From the NCBI GenBank assembly GCA_045863335.1, contig BTVY01000002.1:192562-256561 (forward strand): a DNA stretch of 64,000 bases. The letters are read 5' to 3'. Numbering within the stretch: position 1 is the first letter of the stretch; the number at the start of each line of letters is the position of its first letter. Below, piece by piece: positions 48,300-59,139 of the stretch. The stretch is from Candidatus Hydrogenedentota bacterium (GTDB taxonomy: Bacteria > Hydrogenedentota > Hydrogenedentia > Hydrogenedentales > SLHB01). The notes under the pieces were generated by a model, which was given only the letters and a program-made list of their open reading frames with translations, ran no database searches and had not been told where the DNA came from. The translations under genes and the position numbers were made by a program.

Positions 48300-51200
48300 T
48301 CAGGTGTTTGCAGCGCGTTCCCGCACGACGCGGCTGACCATCTCGATCAATGCAATCGTTGTGTACGGCTTTTGGATAAATGGAAGCACTTTGAGTTCGT
48401 TGTACCGGTCGGAAGCTTCAATCTCCGAATACCCGCTCGAAAGTATGACCGGCACCTTCGGATCACGCTTGCGAATCTCGGCGAAGGCTTCCGCACCGTC
48501 CATGACCGGCATCGTCATATCGAGTAGTACGCAACCGATGGACCCTTGGTGGGCCTCGAACACCTCGACCGCTTCGCGACCGTCCTCCGCCAGGAGAACT
48601 TCGTATCCGAAGCGCTCGAGAGTCAGGCGAGCGATGCGGCGCACCACCGGTTCGTCGTCGACAACGAGGACGACGCTCCCGCCCACTTCGTACTCGATAT
48701 CTTCCGTCGTCTCCTGGGGAACTTCCGTCGCGGCGCGGCAGGGGAACAGAACGCGAATGACCGTGCCCTCGCCCAAGGTGCTGTCCACTTTGATGGCCGA
48801 TCGGTGCGCCCGGGCGATGCCGAGCACTGCGGCCAGGCCGAGACCTCGACCCGGGAACTTTGTGCTGAAGAAGGGATCGAAAATGCGGCTCTGAATCTGC
48901 GGTTCCATTCCACATCCGGTGTCAGCCACCTCGATGAACACGTACTGGCCCTCTTGGAAGTCATCCTGTATGTACGTCGTGCCGAGGTATGCGGCGTCGG
49001 CCTTCATCACCCCCGTCGTAACGCGGATGTTCCCTCCGGTAGCCTCGACCGCGTCCGACGCATTAGTCACAAGATTGAGGATGACCTGCCGCAACTGTCC
49101 GGAGTCGCCCTCGATTTCGGGAAGGTCGTGATTCAAACGAACGTTGAGAAACGCACGCTTGGAAACGGCCGCCTCGATGAGATGCATCATCTCCTCCACC
49201 ACGCGGGTGAGATCGACCGGGCGGAAACTGAACGCTCCCTTGCCTGAATACGCGAGAAGCTGAGTAGTCAGTTCCGCGGCATGGTGAGCCGCCTGCTCGA
49301 TGTGAACGATACACTCCCGTACCGTGGAGTCTGCCGGCAATTCGAGCATGGCAAGCCCCGCGTTGCCGATGATACCCATCAGAAGGTTGTTAAAGTCATG
49401 GGCGATCCCGCCGGCCAAAACGCCGAGGCTCTCCAGCTTCTGGGCATGCTGCACCTGCGCTTCCAGGTGCTGCCGCTCGCTTTCCGCTTCCTTGCGGAGC
49501 ATGGCGTTCCCGAAGATCTGGCCGATGATGGTCGCCATGACGACGTCGTCATCCGACCAAGGCTGCACGCGAGAGACCGTTTCAAACCCGAAGATACCAA
49601 TGAGTCGCCGGCTGACCATGATGGGCACGTTCAGGAGGGATCGGATGTGTTGATTCTCCATCAATCGGCGCTCCCGGCCGGCGACGTCCGGAAGGTCGTC
49701 GAGCGTATGAAGCACGAGAGGATTGCCTTGCCCGAATTGGCCGACTGCCCAGGGAAACTCCTCCACCAGGATTACGTCGGAAATGACGCTCTTAAAGGAC
49801 TGTATTCCTTCCGCACACCATTCGAAAGAGTCGATCAGTGTTCCCGTCTCGTCGGAGATCCAGTTCAGGTAGCATCGATCCACCCGGAGGAACTCACCAA
49901 CGGTCCGCAGCGCCGACTCGACTGCGTCATCAATTTCATCAGGCGCCACGCCGATGAACTGGCTGGATACGGCGGTCACGATACGTTCGAATTCGACCCT
50001 TCGTAGCACTTCTTTCTCGGCATTTCGCCGGCTTACGACGTTGGCGATGATCTCACCGACGATTCGCACGGCGTTCTCGATATGTTCGCTCCACTGACGG
50101 GTCTCGTCCTCCGACCACAGCGCGAATACGCCGATGGTCTCTTCATTGTGTCTCACAGGTGCGACGAGCACATTGCCTTCTCGCATGAATTCGAGATTGA
50201 TGACCACTCCGGGCGCATTCTGCACGTCGTCCGGAAGCCCGCGAAACGTCACCGTCCGTCCATCTCCAAGGCGATCGACAAGAAACCGGTACTGCTCAAC
50301 CGAGCTGCCAACGAGCGGATGAAAGACGGGAGGAGTCGGGGTTTTCCACCATTCGAAGACGTGTTTTACGAGACCACGGGGCAAATCCGCAAGTATGAGC
50401 ACCGCGCACGCCGCATCGGCAAACGTGCCGAGGCCGGCAAGTGCGGCGGTGATCGAACTATCCAAGTCGTGGGCTATGCGGCTCACAAGTTGTGTCGAGA
50501 TGCGAACGATCAGGCGCTCGGTTTCGACGCGCTTGCGCAGCTCTTCTTCAATCCGCTTCTGTTCCGAAATGTCGATACACGAAACCATGAAGCAGAGCGG
50601 CGAACCGTCGGCATCCAGAACGCGCGTCGCCGCGAGATGGACCTCGAAGTGGGTTCCATTCTTGCGCTTGGCCGTAAGTTGGCCCGACCAGTGGTTGTGC
50701 TGCACAAGACGAATGCCGACGTAGCGCGCCATTCGTTCGTCCGCCCAGAAGTCTTGGGCGAACTGACCGATCACCTCCTCGACCTTGCCGTACCCCCACA
50801 GCCCCGCCAAAGCCTCGTTGGCGTACGTGATCGTTCCATCCAGATCGGCCATCGCGACCGGGCTGATGGACGAATCGATCGCCATCTGACGAATCCGATC
50901 CAACTGAAGCGCCCGGCGGCGTTGGGTCACGTCTTGCAGCACGAATTGAAGATACTCCTTGCCGGACTCCGGGTCACGCACCAAGTAGCAGTCGAACTGA
51001 ACCCATCGCTCCGTCCCGTCGGAGGCAAGAAAAGACACCTCCTCACGGCGAATGCGAGCGGATCGGCGTAACTCGTCAACAAGTCTATCCACCGGGATTG
51101 GGCAGGCGGTCAGATCTGGGAGTTTGCTGTTGGGTGCAAGAGAAGGCGCGCCCCCACGATGTGCCACATCAAGCACCTTGAGCGCGGTTTCGTCTACGGA

Positions 51201-51308
51201 AGCAATGACGCCCGACGCCGCGACCCGGAGCAATCCGATCCCGGCAAAGCCCAAAGCTTCCTGACGAATATGGTCCATATCATCCAATGGAGGATGGCTG
51301 AAGTCCAC
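48300..51308 (-). CDS. Hybrid sensor histidine kinase (PAS, GAF, HisKA, HATPase, REC; CckA-like)
   Basis: LAGGIAHDFNNLL, NLVTNA, DTGCGM, FSTK..GRGLGL, C-terminal receiver; GTG start after GGAG chosen, start uncertain. Confidence 0.92.
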   Translation of the reverse strand: MDFSHPPLDDMDHIRQEALGFAGIGLLRVAASGVIASVDETALKVLDVAHRGGAPSLAPNSKLPDLTACPIPVDRLVDELRRSARIRREEVSFLASDGTERWVQFDCYLVRDPESGKEYLQFVLQDVTQRRRALQLDRIRQMAIDSSISPVAMADLDGTITYANEALAGLWGYGKVEEVIGQFAQDFWADERMARYVGIRLVQHNHWSGQLTAKRKNGTHFEVHLAATRVLDADGSPLCFMVSCIDISEQKRIEEELRKRVETERLIVRISTQLVSRIAHDLDSSITAALAGLGTFADAACAVLILADLPRGLVKHVFEWWKTPTPPVFHPLVGSSVEQYRFLVDRLGDGRTVTFRGLPDDVQNAPGVVINLEFMREGNVLVAPVRHNEETIGVFALWSEDETRQWSEHIENAVRIVGEIIANVVSRRNAEKEVLRRVEFERIVTAVSSQFIGVAPDEIDDAVESALRTVGEFLRVDRCYLNWISDETGTLIDSFEWCAEGIQSFKSVISDVILVEEFPWAVGQFGQGNPLVLHTLDDLPDVAGRERRLMENQHIRSLLNVPIMVSRRLIGIFGFETVSRVQPWSDDDVVMATIIGQIFGNAMLRKEAESERQHLEAQVQHAQKLESLGVLAGGIAHDFNNLLMGIIGNAGLAMLELPADSTVRECIVHIEQAAHHAAELTTQLLAYSGKGAFSFRPVDLTRVVEEMMHLIEAAVSKRAFLNVRLNHDLPEIEGDSGQLRQVILNLVTNASDAVEATGGNIRVTTGVMKADAAYLGTTYIQDDFQEGQYVFIEVADTGCGMEPQIQSRIFDPFFSTKFPGRGLGLAAVLGIARAHRSAIKVDSTLGEGTVIRVLFPCRAATEVPQETTEDIEYEVGGSVVLVVDDEPVVRRIARLTLERFGYEVLLAEDGREAVEVFEAHQGSIGCVLLDMTMPVMDGAEAFAEIRKRDPKVPVILSSGYSEIEASDRYNELKVLPFIQKPYTTIALIEMVSRVVRERAANT

Positions 51309-51550
51309 GAAGGCTACTCCGTCGTATGACGCGCGGAACTGCGAGGACGGGTTCGGATAGTTGTCGAAACAGGGTCCGCCGGGCAAGTCATTAATCGCTA
51401 TCGAAGTTTGAAAGTTCCACGACCAAACTCGGATGGTAGCAAAAGACTACACTTGGAACAACCGCTATCCGCTCGGATCGGTTGCCCGAAGTCGCTCACC
51501 CGGACGGGTCGTTGAATCGACATTACGCCCGCTGGCCGTTTTCCGGCCGC

Positions 51551-52477
51551 TCAGGAGCCCGCGGCTCGAATATGGCCGACCGTCTTCTCAAGACCTTCTT
51601 GAAGCGAAATGGAAGGTTGCCAGCCGAGGACACTCCGCGCCCGATCTCCCGTAATATAGATTTGACGGACTTCCCCCGGGCGGAGTTCCTTGAGAATGGG
51701 CTCATGGGGAAACCCGAGGATTTCCCGAAGTGTGTCAAAAATGGTCCGAACCGATGTTCCCACACCCGACCCGAGGTTCAGGGTCTCTCCCGAACCGTGC
51801 TCGACCGCAAGCAGATTGGCTCGGGCGATGTCCCCCACGTACACATAATCGCGCAATGGTTCACCGAAACCAAAGAGGGTCGGGGCTTTGCCTTCCAGCA
51901 TGAGGCCGATGAGAATGGAACACACGCCCGCCTCGCCATGGGGGTTCTGGCGGGGTCCGTAAACGTTAGGATACCGAAGGATGGTGAAGTCCAATCCATA
52001 CAGATGCCGGTAGAGATAGATATAGTGCTCCACCGAGTATTTCGCGGCGCCGTAATGGCAAATTGGCTTGGGCCAATACGCCTCCGACACGGGAAGATCG
52101 GGCGGTTCGCCGTAGATGGCCCCGCCGGTGGAGGCGAAGATGAACTTCCTTGCGCCACACTTCACAGCGCATTCGAGCACATTCAGAGAACCGCGGATGT
52201 TGACGTCGGCGTCGAATGACGGCTCTTCCACGCTCCGGCGCACGTCAATCTGTGCGGCGAGGTGATTGACCACGTCCGGCTTCACTTCGTCGAATATCGC
52301 GCAGAGGCCTTCCGAGCGCACGTCCATTTCGTAAAAGGTAGCGTTGGAATTCACGAAGTTGCGAAACCCCGAACTCAAGTTATCGACAACCGCGACATCA
52401 TGCCCCGCGTTGATATAGGTATCGACGACGTGGGACCCGATGAAACCGGCTCCACCGGTGACGAGAATCTTGCTCAT
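51551..52477 (-). CDS. NAD-dependent epimerase/dehydratase (UDP-glucose 4-epimerase-like)
   Basis: TGGAGFIGSH, STGGAIYG, YGAAK, NVYGPRQ. Confidence 0.92.
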   Translation of the reverse strand: MSKILVTGGAGFIGSHVVDTYINAGHDVAVVDNLSSGFRNFVNSNATFYEMDVRSEGLCAIFDEVKPDVVNHLAAQIDVRRSVEEPSFDADVNIRGSLNVLECAVKCGARKFIFASTGGAIYGEPPDLPVSEAYWPKPICHYGAAKYSVEHYIYLYRHLYGLDFTILRYPNVYGPRQNPHGEAGVCSILIGLMLEGKAPTLFGFGEPLRDYVYVGDIARANLLAVEHGSGETLNLGSGVGTSVRTIFDTLREILGFPHEPILKELRPGEVRQIYITGDRARSVLGWQPSISLQEGLEKTVGHIRAAGS

Positions 52478-52586
52478 AGTACCTCGCAGAACAGAAAGTG
52501 AAAACGATTACCGTTGCTATTGGGATGATTTGGGCCGGGTCAGTATGACGCGACTGGCGCATCATGGAGGATCGAGCTGGCGCGAG

Positions 52587-53327
52587 TCAATGCGGACGAA
52601 GAGGGCCGAAGGAAGCGCCAACTCTAAGTTGTTCCCCAGGTTGCGTCTCGTCCGGCGGAGCGCCGATCTCCGCGGCGGAGGGGTCGACGTATTCCAGACT
52701 TTCCACCAGCTGGGGGAGATTCCGGCCCGCCCACGCCGCCGTATTCAAAAACGATACCGTGCCATCCATCCAGAGCACGTTGCCGCCACCGGGAATGTGA
52801 TTGGAATTCACGACGGGTCCGCGTTCTCCGGTTTCCCCTTCCGGCCAGCCGCTGAAGGCATCCCACATGATCGGTATACGCGGTATACTACGGTCCGGCG
52901 GTGGAAGAAGGATGGGCGCACTGGTGTATACCCCGAGATAATCGTAGCTGCCGCGCAAGCTGTGCTCAGCCATGAGGTAAGTGCTTGGATCGACTGGATT
53001 GCCCTCCCGGTCGGTGAAGTCGGAACCCATCGGATTGGAAGGGCAAACGAACGACAGCGTATGGGGAAGGTAGTCCGGAAACAAGAAACGCACGCAGCGC
53101 GCGTCACCGTTTCCGCCGCTCCAGGGGAACGCGCCATTATTCTCCTTGGCATACATGTGGAGGGCCATCCCAAGTTGCGAAAGGTTGTTGAAGCAACTGG
53201 CCCGCCGCGCCTGCTCCCGCGCGCGCGCGAGAGCCGGGAGCAAAATAGCGGCCAGGATGCCAATGATGGCAATCACCACAAGCAACTCAATCAAGGTGAA
53301 TCCAGCTTTCACCCGCGCACATTTCAT
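52587..53327 (-). CDS. Prepilin-type protein, DUF1559 / H-X9-DG family
   Basis: G|[38 protein letters not shown]; C-terminal [14 protein letters not shown]. Confidence 0.92.
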   Translation of the reverse strand: MKCARVKAGFTLIELLVVIAIIGILAAILLPALARAREQARRASCFNNLSQLGMALHMYAKENNGAFPWSGGNGDARCVRFLFPDYLPHTLSFVCPSNPMGSDFTDREGNPVDPSTYLMAEHSLRGSYDYLGVYTSAPILLPPPDRSIPRIPIMWDAFSGWPEGETGERGPVVNSNHIPGGGNVLWMDGTVSFLNTAAWAGRNLPQLVESLEYVDPSAAEIGAPPDETQPGEQLRVGASFGPLRPH

Positions 53328-53743
53328 GAGTACGCCTCCTGCCAGCGAAGAACCCGTACGGCACCACCATGACTGATCTCCGCCTCTACCGAGACTGTGG
53401 CGCGTATCGACGAGTCGGCGTGGGCGCTCCCAGTGCTCTCAACAAGGAACCGTCCCTCACTGGCGGGCGTCACGACAACGGAGAAAGCGCCGCTGCCAAA
53501 CGGGACTTCACTTCCGCCGGAGCTAAAGCCCGAGCCTTTCTGCAACTGATAGAGCGCCAGTTCGATCCCCGCCTCTGCGATGTAAAGGGCCTGGATCTCA
53601 GTTTCTCGATCGTTGGCGCGGTCGAGGCTCTGATGAAAACTACTCACCAGCACGGTGGCGATTATGGAGAGCGCGACCATCACGCCCAGCGCGAGTAGAA
53701 GCGCCATTCCTTCCCTGCCGCCAGAACCGGGATGGGAACTCAT
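53324..53743 (-). CDS. PilX/GspK-like minor pilin
   Basis: G|MALLLAL (no Glu5); [11 protein letters not shown]. Confidence 0.75.
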   Translation of the reverse strand: MSSHPGSGGREGMALLLALGVMVALSIIATVLVSSFHQSLDRANDRETEIQALYIAEAGIELALYQLQKGSGFSSGGSEVPFGSGAFSVVVTPASEGRFLVESTGSAHADSSIRATVSVEAEISHGGAVRVLRWQEAYS

Positions 53744-54312
53744 ACTGCACCTCCCGACGGCCGGATCGACGCCACGCACTGCAAACCACTACCGGTCCGG
53801 TTATCTAGCCGATCCGCGAACAAGCGCAGGTCCAGATGCACCGTGCGCGTTCCTTGTCCCGGACTACGATCATATGTGAATTCCACGACCTCAAATGGAA
53901 CGGCATAGCGCCTGCTCCGGTCCACTTCGAGAGCGCCATTTCGCAGCACATAGCGATTCATGTATGGGAATCCGTCCTCGGATGTAGCAAACAAGATAAA
54001 CGGAATCGCGCCGGGGTCGTCCGGATTCGACGGCATTCGGAGAACGACTTGCGCACTGCCCGATACGAAACCTGAGCGTTCAGCCTCGACGGAGACTGCC
54101 TCACGAACGGCTTGGGTAAAATCGCGTTGTATCGCAGAGGCAGCGTTCATGCGAAGCAAGGCCGTCTCGCCCACTTGCATCAACCGGTTTCCCTGAATGA
54201 AAGCCACCGCGCAGATATTGATGAAGATCGCCAGCCCCGCTATGTATGCCAGCATTTCCAGGAGCGTCATGCCTTCGGTTCGCGCAGCCGATCTGAATGC
54301 GGATGCACTCAT
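53740..54312 (-). CDS. PilW/GspJ-like minor pilin
   Basis: G|MTLLEML class III signal; ATGA overlaps on both sides. Confidence 0.7.
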   Translation of the reverse strand: MSASAFRSAARTEGMTLLEMLAYIAGLAIFINICAVAFIQGNRLMQVGETALLRMNAASAIQRDFTQAVREAVSVEAERSGFVSGSAQVVLRMPSNPDDPGAIPFILFATSEDGFPYMNRYVLRNGALEVDRSRRYAVPFEVVEFTYDRSPGQGTRTVHLDLRLFADRLDNRTGSGLQCVASIRPSGGAV

Positions 54313-54743
54313 CGCGCACCTCCTCGGTCGCCAACGAGCGTAGCCGCCGATTTTTCCATGGCACGGCCCTGGTCGCCTGTCCAACGAACGACGACCTCGG
54401 CCACAAGCAATCCCGAATCTCCCGAATTGAAGGGGCGCAACTCAACCGTCGCCGTGACATCCGCCAACTGTTCCAAGCCCGGCGAGCGCTCGGCGAACTC
54501 GTGGGTTCCCGTAGCGAGCAGCGAAAAGTCCGTTCCGCGCAACGTCTCCATCTCGTTCTGAATGGCCCGCATCGCGATGCCGTCCTCCTTGAGCACCCGC
54601 ATCCGGGAAAGCGTGTAGTGGAAAGTCTGGAACGCTCCCATCATGCCGACCGAGAAGACGAACAGCGCCGCCGTCAGCTCGAGCATCGACGTGCCAAGTT
54701 TGTCCGTACGTTCCCGGTGTGTATGTGTCGTTATCATGCTCAT
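54309..54743 (-). CDS. PilV/GspI-like minor pilin
   Basis: G|TSMLELTAAL class III-like signal; A..AIQNEMETLR; VVVRW. Confidence 0.7.
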   Translation of the reverse strand: MSMITTHTHRERTDKLGTSMLELTAALFVFSVGMMGAFQTFHYTLSRMRVLKEDGIAMRAIQNEMETLRGTDFSLLATGTHEFAERSPGLEQLADVTATVELRPFNSGDSGLLVAEVVVRWTGDQGRAMEKSAATLVGDRGGAR

Positions 54744-56017
54744 GTCATCCCCGCTGGAAGCACGCGGCGCATTTCATCCAGCGTCGTTATGCCGGTCTCG
54801 GCACACGCCAAGGCTGCATCCTCAAGGGACGTCATCCCCGCTACGACGGCCGCACGGTGAATCGTCGCCGTCCTGGCACGACTCAAGATCAACTCTGCAA
54901 CCGTCTCGTCGGCCATCAGTAGTTCCCCGACGGCCGTTCGGCCGCGAAATCCTATGCCTTCGCAGTTTGGACAACCCGCGCCCGCGCGGAACGTGCCGGA
55001 TTCTGGAACGACGCCGAATCGCGCACACAAGCGCTCGTCCGGAACGACAGGCGCGCTGCAAGCGGGACAGTTGACGCGTACCAACCGCTGCGCAAGAACG
55101 CCCGTCACGGATGACGCGATCAGGAAGGGCTCGATGCCCATGTCCAGCAGGCGCGTGAACACCCCGGCGGCCGTGCCACTGTGTATCGTGCTGATAACCA
55201 AGTGGCCTGTAAGCCCAGCCTGAATTGCGGCGTGCGCGGTGGCCGGATCGCGGATCTCCCCGAGCATGATCACTTCGGGATCCTGACGAAGGACAGCCCG
55301 CAGCGCTTCCTCGTAGGTGAGGCCCGTGTGGGGATTGATTTCGGTTTGCGTAATCTTGGGCATCCGGTATTCGACTGGGTCTTCGATGGCGACTACGTGG
55401 GGCGCGGGATCGCGCGATTGCACGATGGCCTGAAGCAACGCGTAGATCGTCGTAGTCTTGCCGCTCGAACTGGGACCGGTCAGCAAGAGCGTGCCGCTGG
55501 GCCGCCCTATCAATTCCCGGAGCGCGCCGGCCAGATCGGCGTCGAATCCGAGCGCGTCCAAGGCCAGCATTCCGTCCGGCGTATCGAGCATCCGGACGGT
55601 CACCTTCTCCCCGTTCACCGTTGGAAATGTGGACACGCGCATCGCGCGCCCGGATGGCGTGGCGTCGGGTTCGATGCGGCCGTCTTGAGGTACGTCCCGG
55701 TGATAGGTTGCGATGCGGGCGATGACTTTCAATCGCGTCGTGATCCACGCGTGAAATTCTCGCGGAAGCTGCGCCACGTCGTGGAGAATCCCGTCGATGC
55801 GATAGCGGATGGTCAGAGAATCCCGCCAGGGTTCGAAATGAATGTCACTTGCGCGATGTGGCACGGCTTGCATGAGGATCAAGTCGACGGCGTCAACGGC
55901 GGCGGAATCGCCGCCACGGGCCAAGCGCTCCCGCAATCGGGCTTCAATCGCCTCGAATGGTTCGCGGCCGGACGACTCCCCGTCGCTGTCGCGTTCTATG
56001 ACTCGCAATGACGTCAT
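54740..56017 (-). CDS. GspE/PilB family assembly ATPase (short, lacking N-terminal N1 domain)
   Basis: ASDIHFEP, RYRIDG, PQDGR, GPSSSGKTT, IEDPVE, LRQDP..GEIRD, TGHLVISTIH, CxxC...CxxC. Confidence 0.92.
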   Translation of the reverse strand: MTSLRVIERDSDGESSGREPFEAIEARLRERLARGGDSAAVDAVDLILMQAVPHRASDIHFEPWRDSLTIRYRIDGILHDVAQLPREFHAWITTRLKVIARIATYHRDVPQDGRIEPDATPSGRAMRVSTFPTVNGEKVTVRMLDTPDGMLALDALGFDADLAGALRELIGRPSGTLLLTGPSSSGKTTTIYALLQAIVQSRDPAPHVVAIEDPVEYRMPKITQTEINPHTGLTYEEALRAVLRQDPEVIMLGEIRDPATAHAAIQAGLTGHLVISTIHSGTAAGVFTRLLDMGIEPFLIASSVTGVLAQRLVRVNCPACSAPVVPDERLCARFGVVPESGTFRAGAGCPNCEGIGFRGRTAVGELLMADETVAELILSRARTATIHRAAVVAGMTSLEDAALACAETGITTLDEMRRVLPAGMT

Positions 56018-56049
56018 ACCACCGCCGTTCCTGACACGCACCGCATGGT

Positions 56050-57231
56050 TTAGACCCCTCCTCCGATCGCGTCCGCAAGGGTTGTTAACAAGGTAAACAC
56101 GGAGAGTTCAAAGAAAAGGACACCAAGGGACAGCACCAACACCCCGCAGGGGCACACGGTATCGACGAGAATGCGCGTCGTCTTCAGCGTCTGGGCCTCG
56201 TACAATGCCGCGATACGTTCAAAAGCCGCAGCTAGCCGACCACTGGATTCGCCGAGCGCGATAAGCGCGTGGAAGGAATCGGGGAAACGGTTATCCTCCC
56301 GCACGGCCTGGCTGAGCGACATGCCTTCTTCGACCTTTCGTCTCACCGCGCGCAGCGCTTCCCGAAGACTGGAAACGATTTCCAGGTCTTCACTGTCGCG
56401 GAGCGCGTCGTTGAGTGGAACGCCCGCGTGAAGCAGTCGCGCCAGCACACGGGCCGCTAGCCCGAGATCGTTTTTAGCGATAACACCGCGCACCAACGGG
56501 ATCGTACTGCCCAAACCTTTCAATCGATACCGCGACATTCCGGAAAATGTCACGCTGATCAGCATCAACACGGCGGCAACAACGAAGACGCCGCCTACCA
56601 CCGACCCGACAATTCGAGTCCGATCGTCCGCCGTGGCCTGGCCGACGGCCATCATGGGATCCAGCACAGCCGGAATGTCATCGGTGAAGTAACCAATGGT
56701 GTCGGCAAACTCGGGAAATACAAGAAGCGAGAGGACCAGGAACGTTGCCAATTGTATGAACAGGACGAGTGCAAGGTACGCAGCCCATCCCCAAATCTTC
56801 GTCGCGTGCTTCTTCTCCTCGGCCAGATGGTCCTGAAGTTGATCCAATGTATCCGGCAAGGAACCGCTCATTTCCCCTACTTTGATTAAATCTACATAAT
56901 ACGGTGGAAAGAACCGATTCCGCTGGGCCATGGATTCGTGGAGCGCCATCCCCGAGGCCAGGTTGTCCCGCAAGGCCTGGAGAACAAGCTGCACCTTGCG
57001 GCGCGGCGCATCCCAGGCGGCGAGTTCCAATCCCTGAATCAGGGGAGCATTGCACTTTACGATGGCCTGCACCTGCGAAGTGACCAGCATGAGGTCCCGC
57101 CGCCAGAACGATCGGTGTATATAGCGCGGACCCGCCCATCGGTGGCCGCGGCGCGCGTGATACACATGGGGCGGCACAAAACCGCGAAACACGGTCGTTA
57201 CGTCTGTTTTGAGTATCTGTTTCCAGTTCAT
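56050..57231 (-). CDS. GspF/PilC family platform protein (copy 2)
   Basis: Two T2SSF repeats (GEMSGSL, GESSGRL) and TM helices. Confidence 0.88.
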   Translation of the reverse strand: MNWKQILKTDVTTVFRGFVPPHVYHARRGHRWAGPRYIHRSFWRRDLMLVTSQVQAIVKCNAPLIQGLELAAWDAPRRKVQLVLQALRDNLASGMALHESMAQRNRFFPPYYVDLIKVGEMSGSLPDTLDQLQDHLAEEKKHATKIWGWAAYLALVLFIQLATFLVLSLLVFPEFADTIGYFTDDIPAVLDPMMAVGQATADDRTRIVGSVVGGVFVVAAVLMLISVTFSGMSRYRLKGLGSTIPLVRGVIAKNDLGLAARVLARLLHAGVPLNDALRDSEDLEIVSSLREALRAVRRKVEEGMSLSQAVREDNRFPDSFHALIALGESSGRLAAAFERIAALYEAQTLKTTRILVDTVCPCGVLVLSLGVLFFELSVFTLLTTLADAIGGGV

Positions 57232-58448
57232 TGTCCGCTGATCACATCTGCCAGGCTAAACATGGGCAGGTAAATGGATGCGATGATGGACACGACGATC
57301 ATCCCGAGAAAGACCACGAGCAACGGGGGCACCACGGAGGTCAGCAAACGAGTCGTTCTCTGCCCCCCATGCTCATAAGTCTCCGCAAGGTGAAACAGGG
57401 CATCGTCCACTTCATTCCGTTCCTCCGCGAGGCCCAGCAGCCAGCCAAAGGAGCCGTCGAAATACCCTGTCGCGTCGAACGCGCCGGCAAGGCTCGAGCC
57501 CTGCTGAACGTGGCGGGTCGCCGCGCTCACGGCACGGGACAAGACCGCATTCTCCGCCGTAGCTGAGGCGATCTCCAGGCCTTCCGGCAGCGGCACGCGC
57601 GCGCGCAACAAGATACCAAGTGTCCGGCAGAAACGGGCCAGCGATCCCTGGCGGAAGGCCTTTCCAAACCCCGGCACCCGTAGCTTGATCCAGTCGAGAT
57701 AGTAAGGGCCGTTCGCGGTGCCACGGGCGAATTTCATACCGAAGTGCCATGCGATGACCAGAATCGACACGAAGATAAGTATATTCGGATAGCGATAGTT
57801 AAGGGTTTCCGACACGTCCAGCCAGAATCGCGTCAGCGCCGGCAATCCCGCGCCAAAATCCTGAAAGATTTCGCCAAACTGGGGGACGACAATGCCGAGA
57901 AGCAGCATCAGAACAAGCGCGCATACCACCACTACCAATGCCGGATATGCCAATGCCATCTGCATGCGATTGCGGTACTCGGCCATCTCGCCCGTGTACG
58001 CGCACATGTGATCGAGCACCGCAAGCAGGTTGCCCGACTTGTCGCCCGCAACGAGCGAAGCCCGGTAGACGGGTGGAAGTTTGTCGGCGACAGGTTCCAG
58101 CGCCTCTTCCAGGCTCTTTCCCTGTTCCAGGGAACCGCGGATCGACTCGAGCACGCTTTGGAGCCTGGGACTTCGCAGTTCCGTGGAGATCGCTTTGAGC
58201 GCGGGCGCGAGCGGGAGTCCGCTGCGGACGATGGCGTGGAGTTGCTGATTGAGCAGCTCGACCTCGTCCCAAGACAGCGCCCCGGTTCGGGACGGGGCCG
58301 GGACGGTCTCTGTCACCTGCTCGATGGAAGAAACCTGGAGCCCCTGCTCCTCGAGGATGGCCGATACGCGGACCGCGGAATCCTCGCTCATCGTGCCGCT
58401 GACGTCGCTCCCCTTGTCGTCGACCGCGCGGTACCGGTACTCGGGCAT
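57228..58448 (-). CDS. GspF/PilC family platform protein (copy 1)
   Basis: MPEYRYRAVD..G, SGLPL, GDKSGNL, YP..VPQF..LPALT, IYLPMF. Confidence 0.9.
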   Translation of the reverse strand: MPEYRYRAVDDKGSDVSGTMSEDSAVRVSAILEEQGLQVSSIEQVTETVPAPSRTGALSWDEVELLNQQLHAIVRSGLPLAPALKAISTELRSPRLQSVLESIRGSLEQGKSLEEALEPVADKLPPVYRASLVAGDKSGNLLAVLDHMCAYTGEMAEYRNRMQMALAYPALVVVVCALVLMLLLGIVVPQFGEIFQDFGAGLPALTRFWLDVSETLNYRYPNILIFVSILVIAWHFGMKFARGTANGPYYLDWIKLRVPGFGKAFRQGSLARFCRTLGILLRARVPLPEGLEIASATAENAVLSRAVSAATRHVQQGSSLAGAFDATGYFDGSFGWLLGLAEERNEVDDALFHLAETYEHGGQRTTRLLTSVVPPLLVVFLGMIVVSIIASIYLPMFSLADVISGQ

Positions 58449-58550
58449 CGTGCCACTCCTTTGCAATTGGGCGTAAGGGAAGGGCAGGTCAAGCGCTGAG
58501 CGTCCTCTTCCCCCATTCCGTGGATCGATGACAAAAAGGTGCCAAACCGA

Positions 58551-59078
58551 TCAGCCTGGGGGCGTACGAAGATCGTCCTTTGAACGCACATCGGCCACAA
58601 AAACCGATTCGGCGAGTTGCGCCTGCTGTTCAAGCTCGTTCTTTCGCAAAATAAACGGGACGGTGACAGTGAGAACTTCGCGAACGTCTCCTCCGCCATC
58701 CGCGTGGGTACTGCCTCCCTCCGAGAACGATCTCGCCAGACGAACCCACGGCGCGGTTACTCCAAGGACGAACAGCACCACGGCGGCAATCGCGAGTTTT
58801 CGGATAGCATTGCGGGTGTTTTCGGCCCCCCATACACCGACGGATTGCATCGCGGCTTCACGCACGGCAATTCGTTCGCGAAGCGCGGATACCCCCTGCC
58901 CCAATCCCGGGTAGGTCAGTGCGGCGCGGCACACATTCTGCAAGGCGATTAACTCATCCAATTCTTCACGGCACGCGTAACACCGAGCTACGTGCACTTC
59001 GACGGACACGCGTTCCGAGAAGCGGACGTCGTCATCGATGTAGTCGACGAACCTCTCTCGAACCTTTGAGCATTTCAT
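58551..59078 (-). CDS. Zinc-binding (ZAS) transmembrane anti-sigma factor
   Basis: MKC..YID..HVARCYAC (HxxxCxxC) plus one TM helix; follows the ECF sigma. Confidence 0.85.
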   Translation of the reverse strand: MKCSKVRERFVDYIDDDVRFSERVSVEVHVARCYACREELDELIALQNVCRAALTYPGLGQGVSALRERIAVREAAMQSVGVWGAENTRNAIRKLAIAAVVLFVLGVTAPWVRLARSFSEGGSTHADGGGDVREVLTVTVPFILRKNELEQQAQLAESVFVADVRSKDDLRTPPG

Positions 59079-59139
59079 GGGTCGCAGTCTCCACGTATGA
59101 ATCGATGAATTCCTGAAACAAATGTCCAAACTTGCGCAC

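Noticed and set aside
58526-58545. TTGGCACCTTTTTGTC on the minus strand upstream of gspF as a sigma54 promoter
   Set aside because: No GC at the -12 position with N10 spacing
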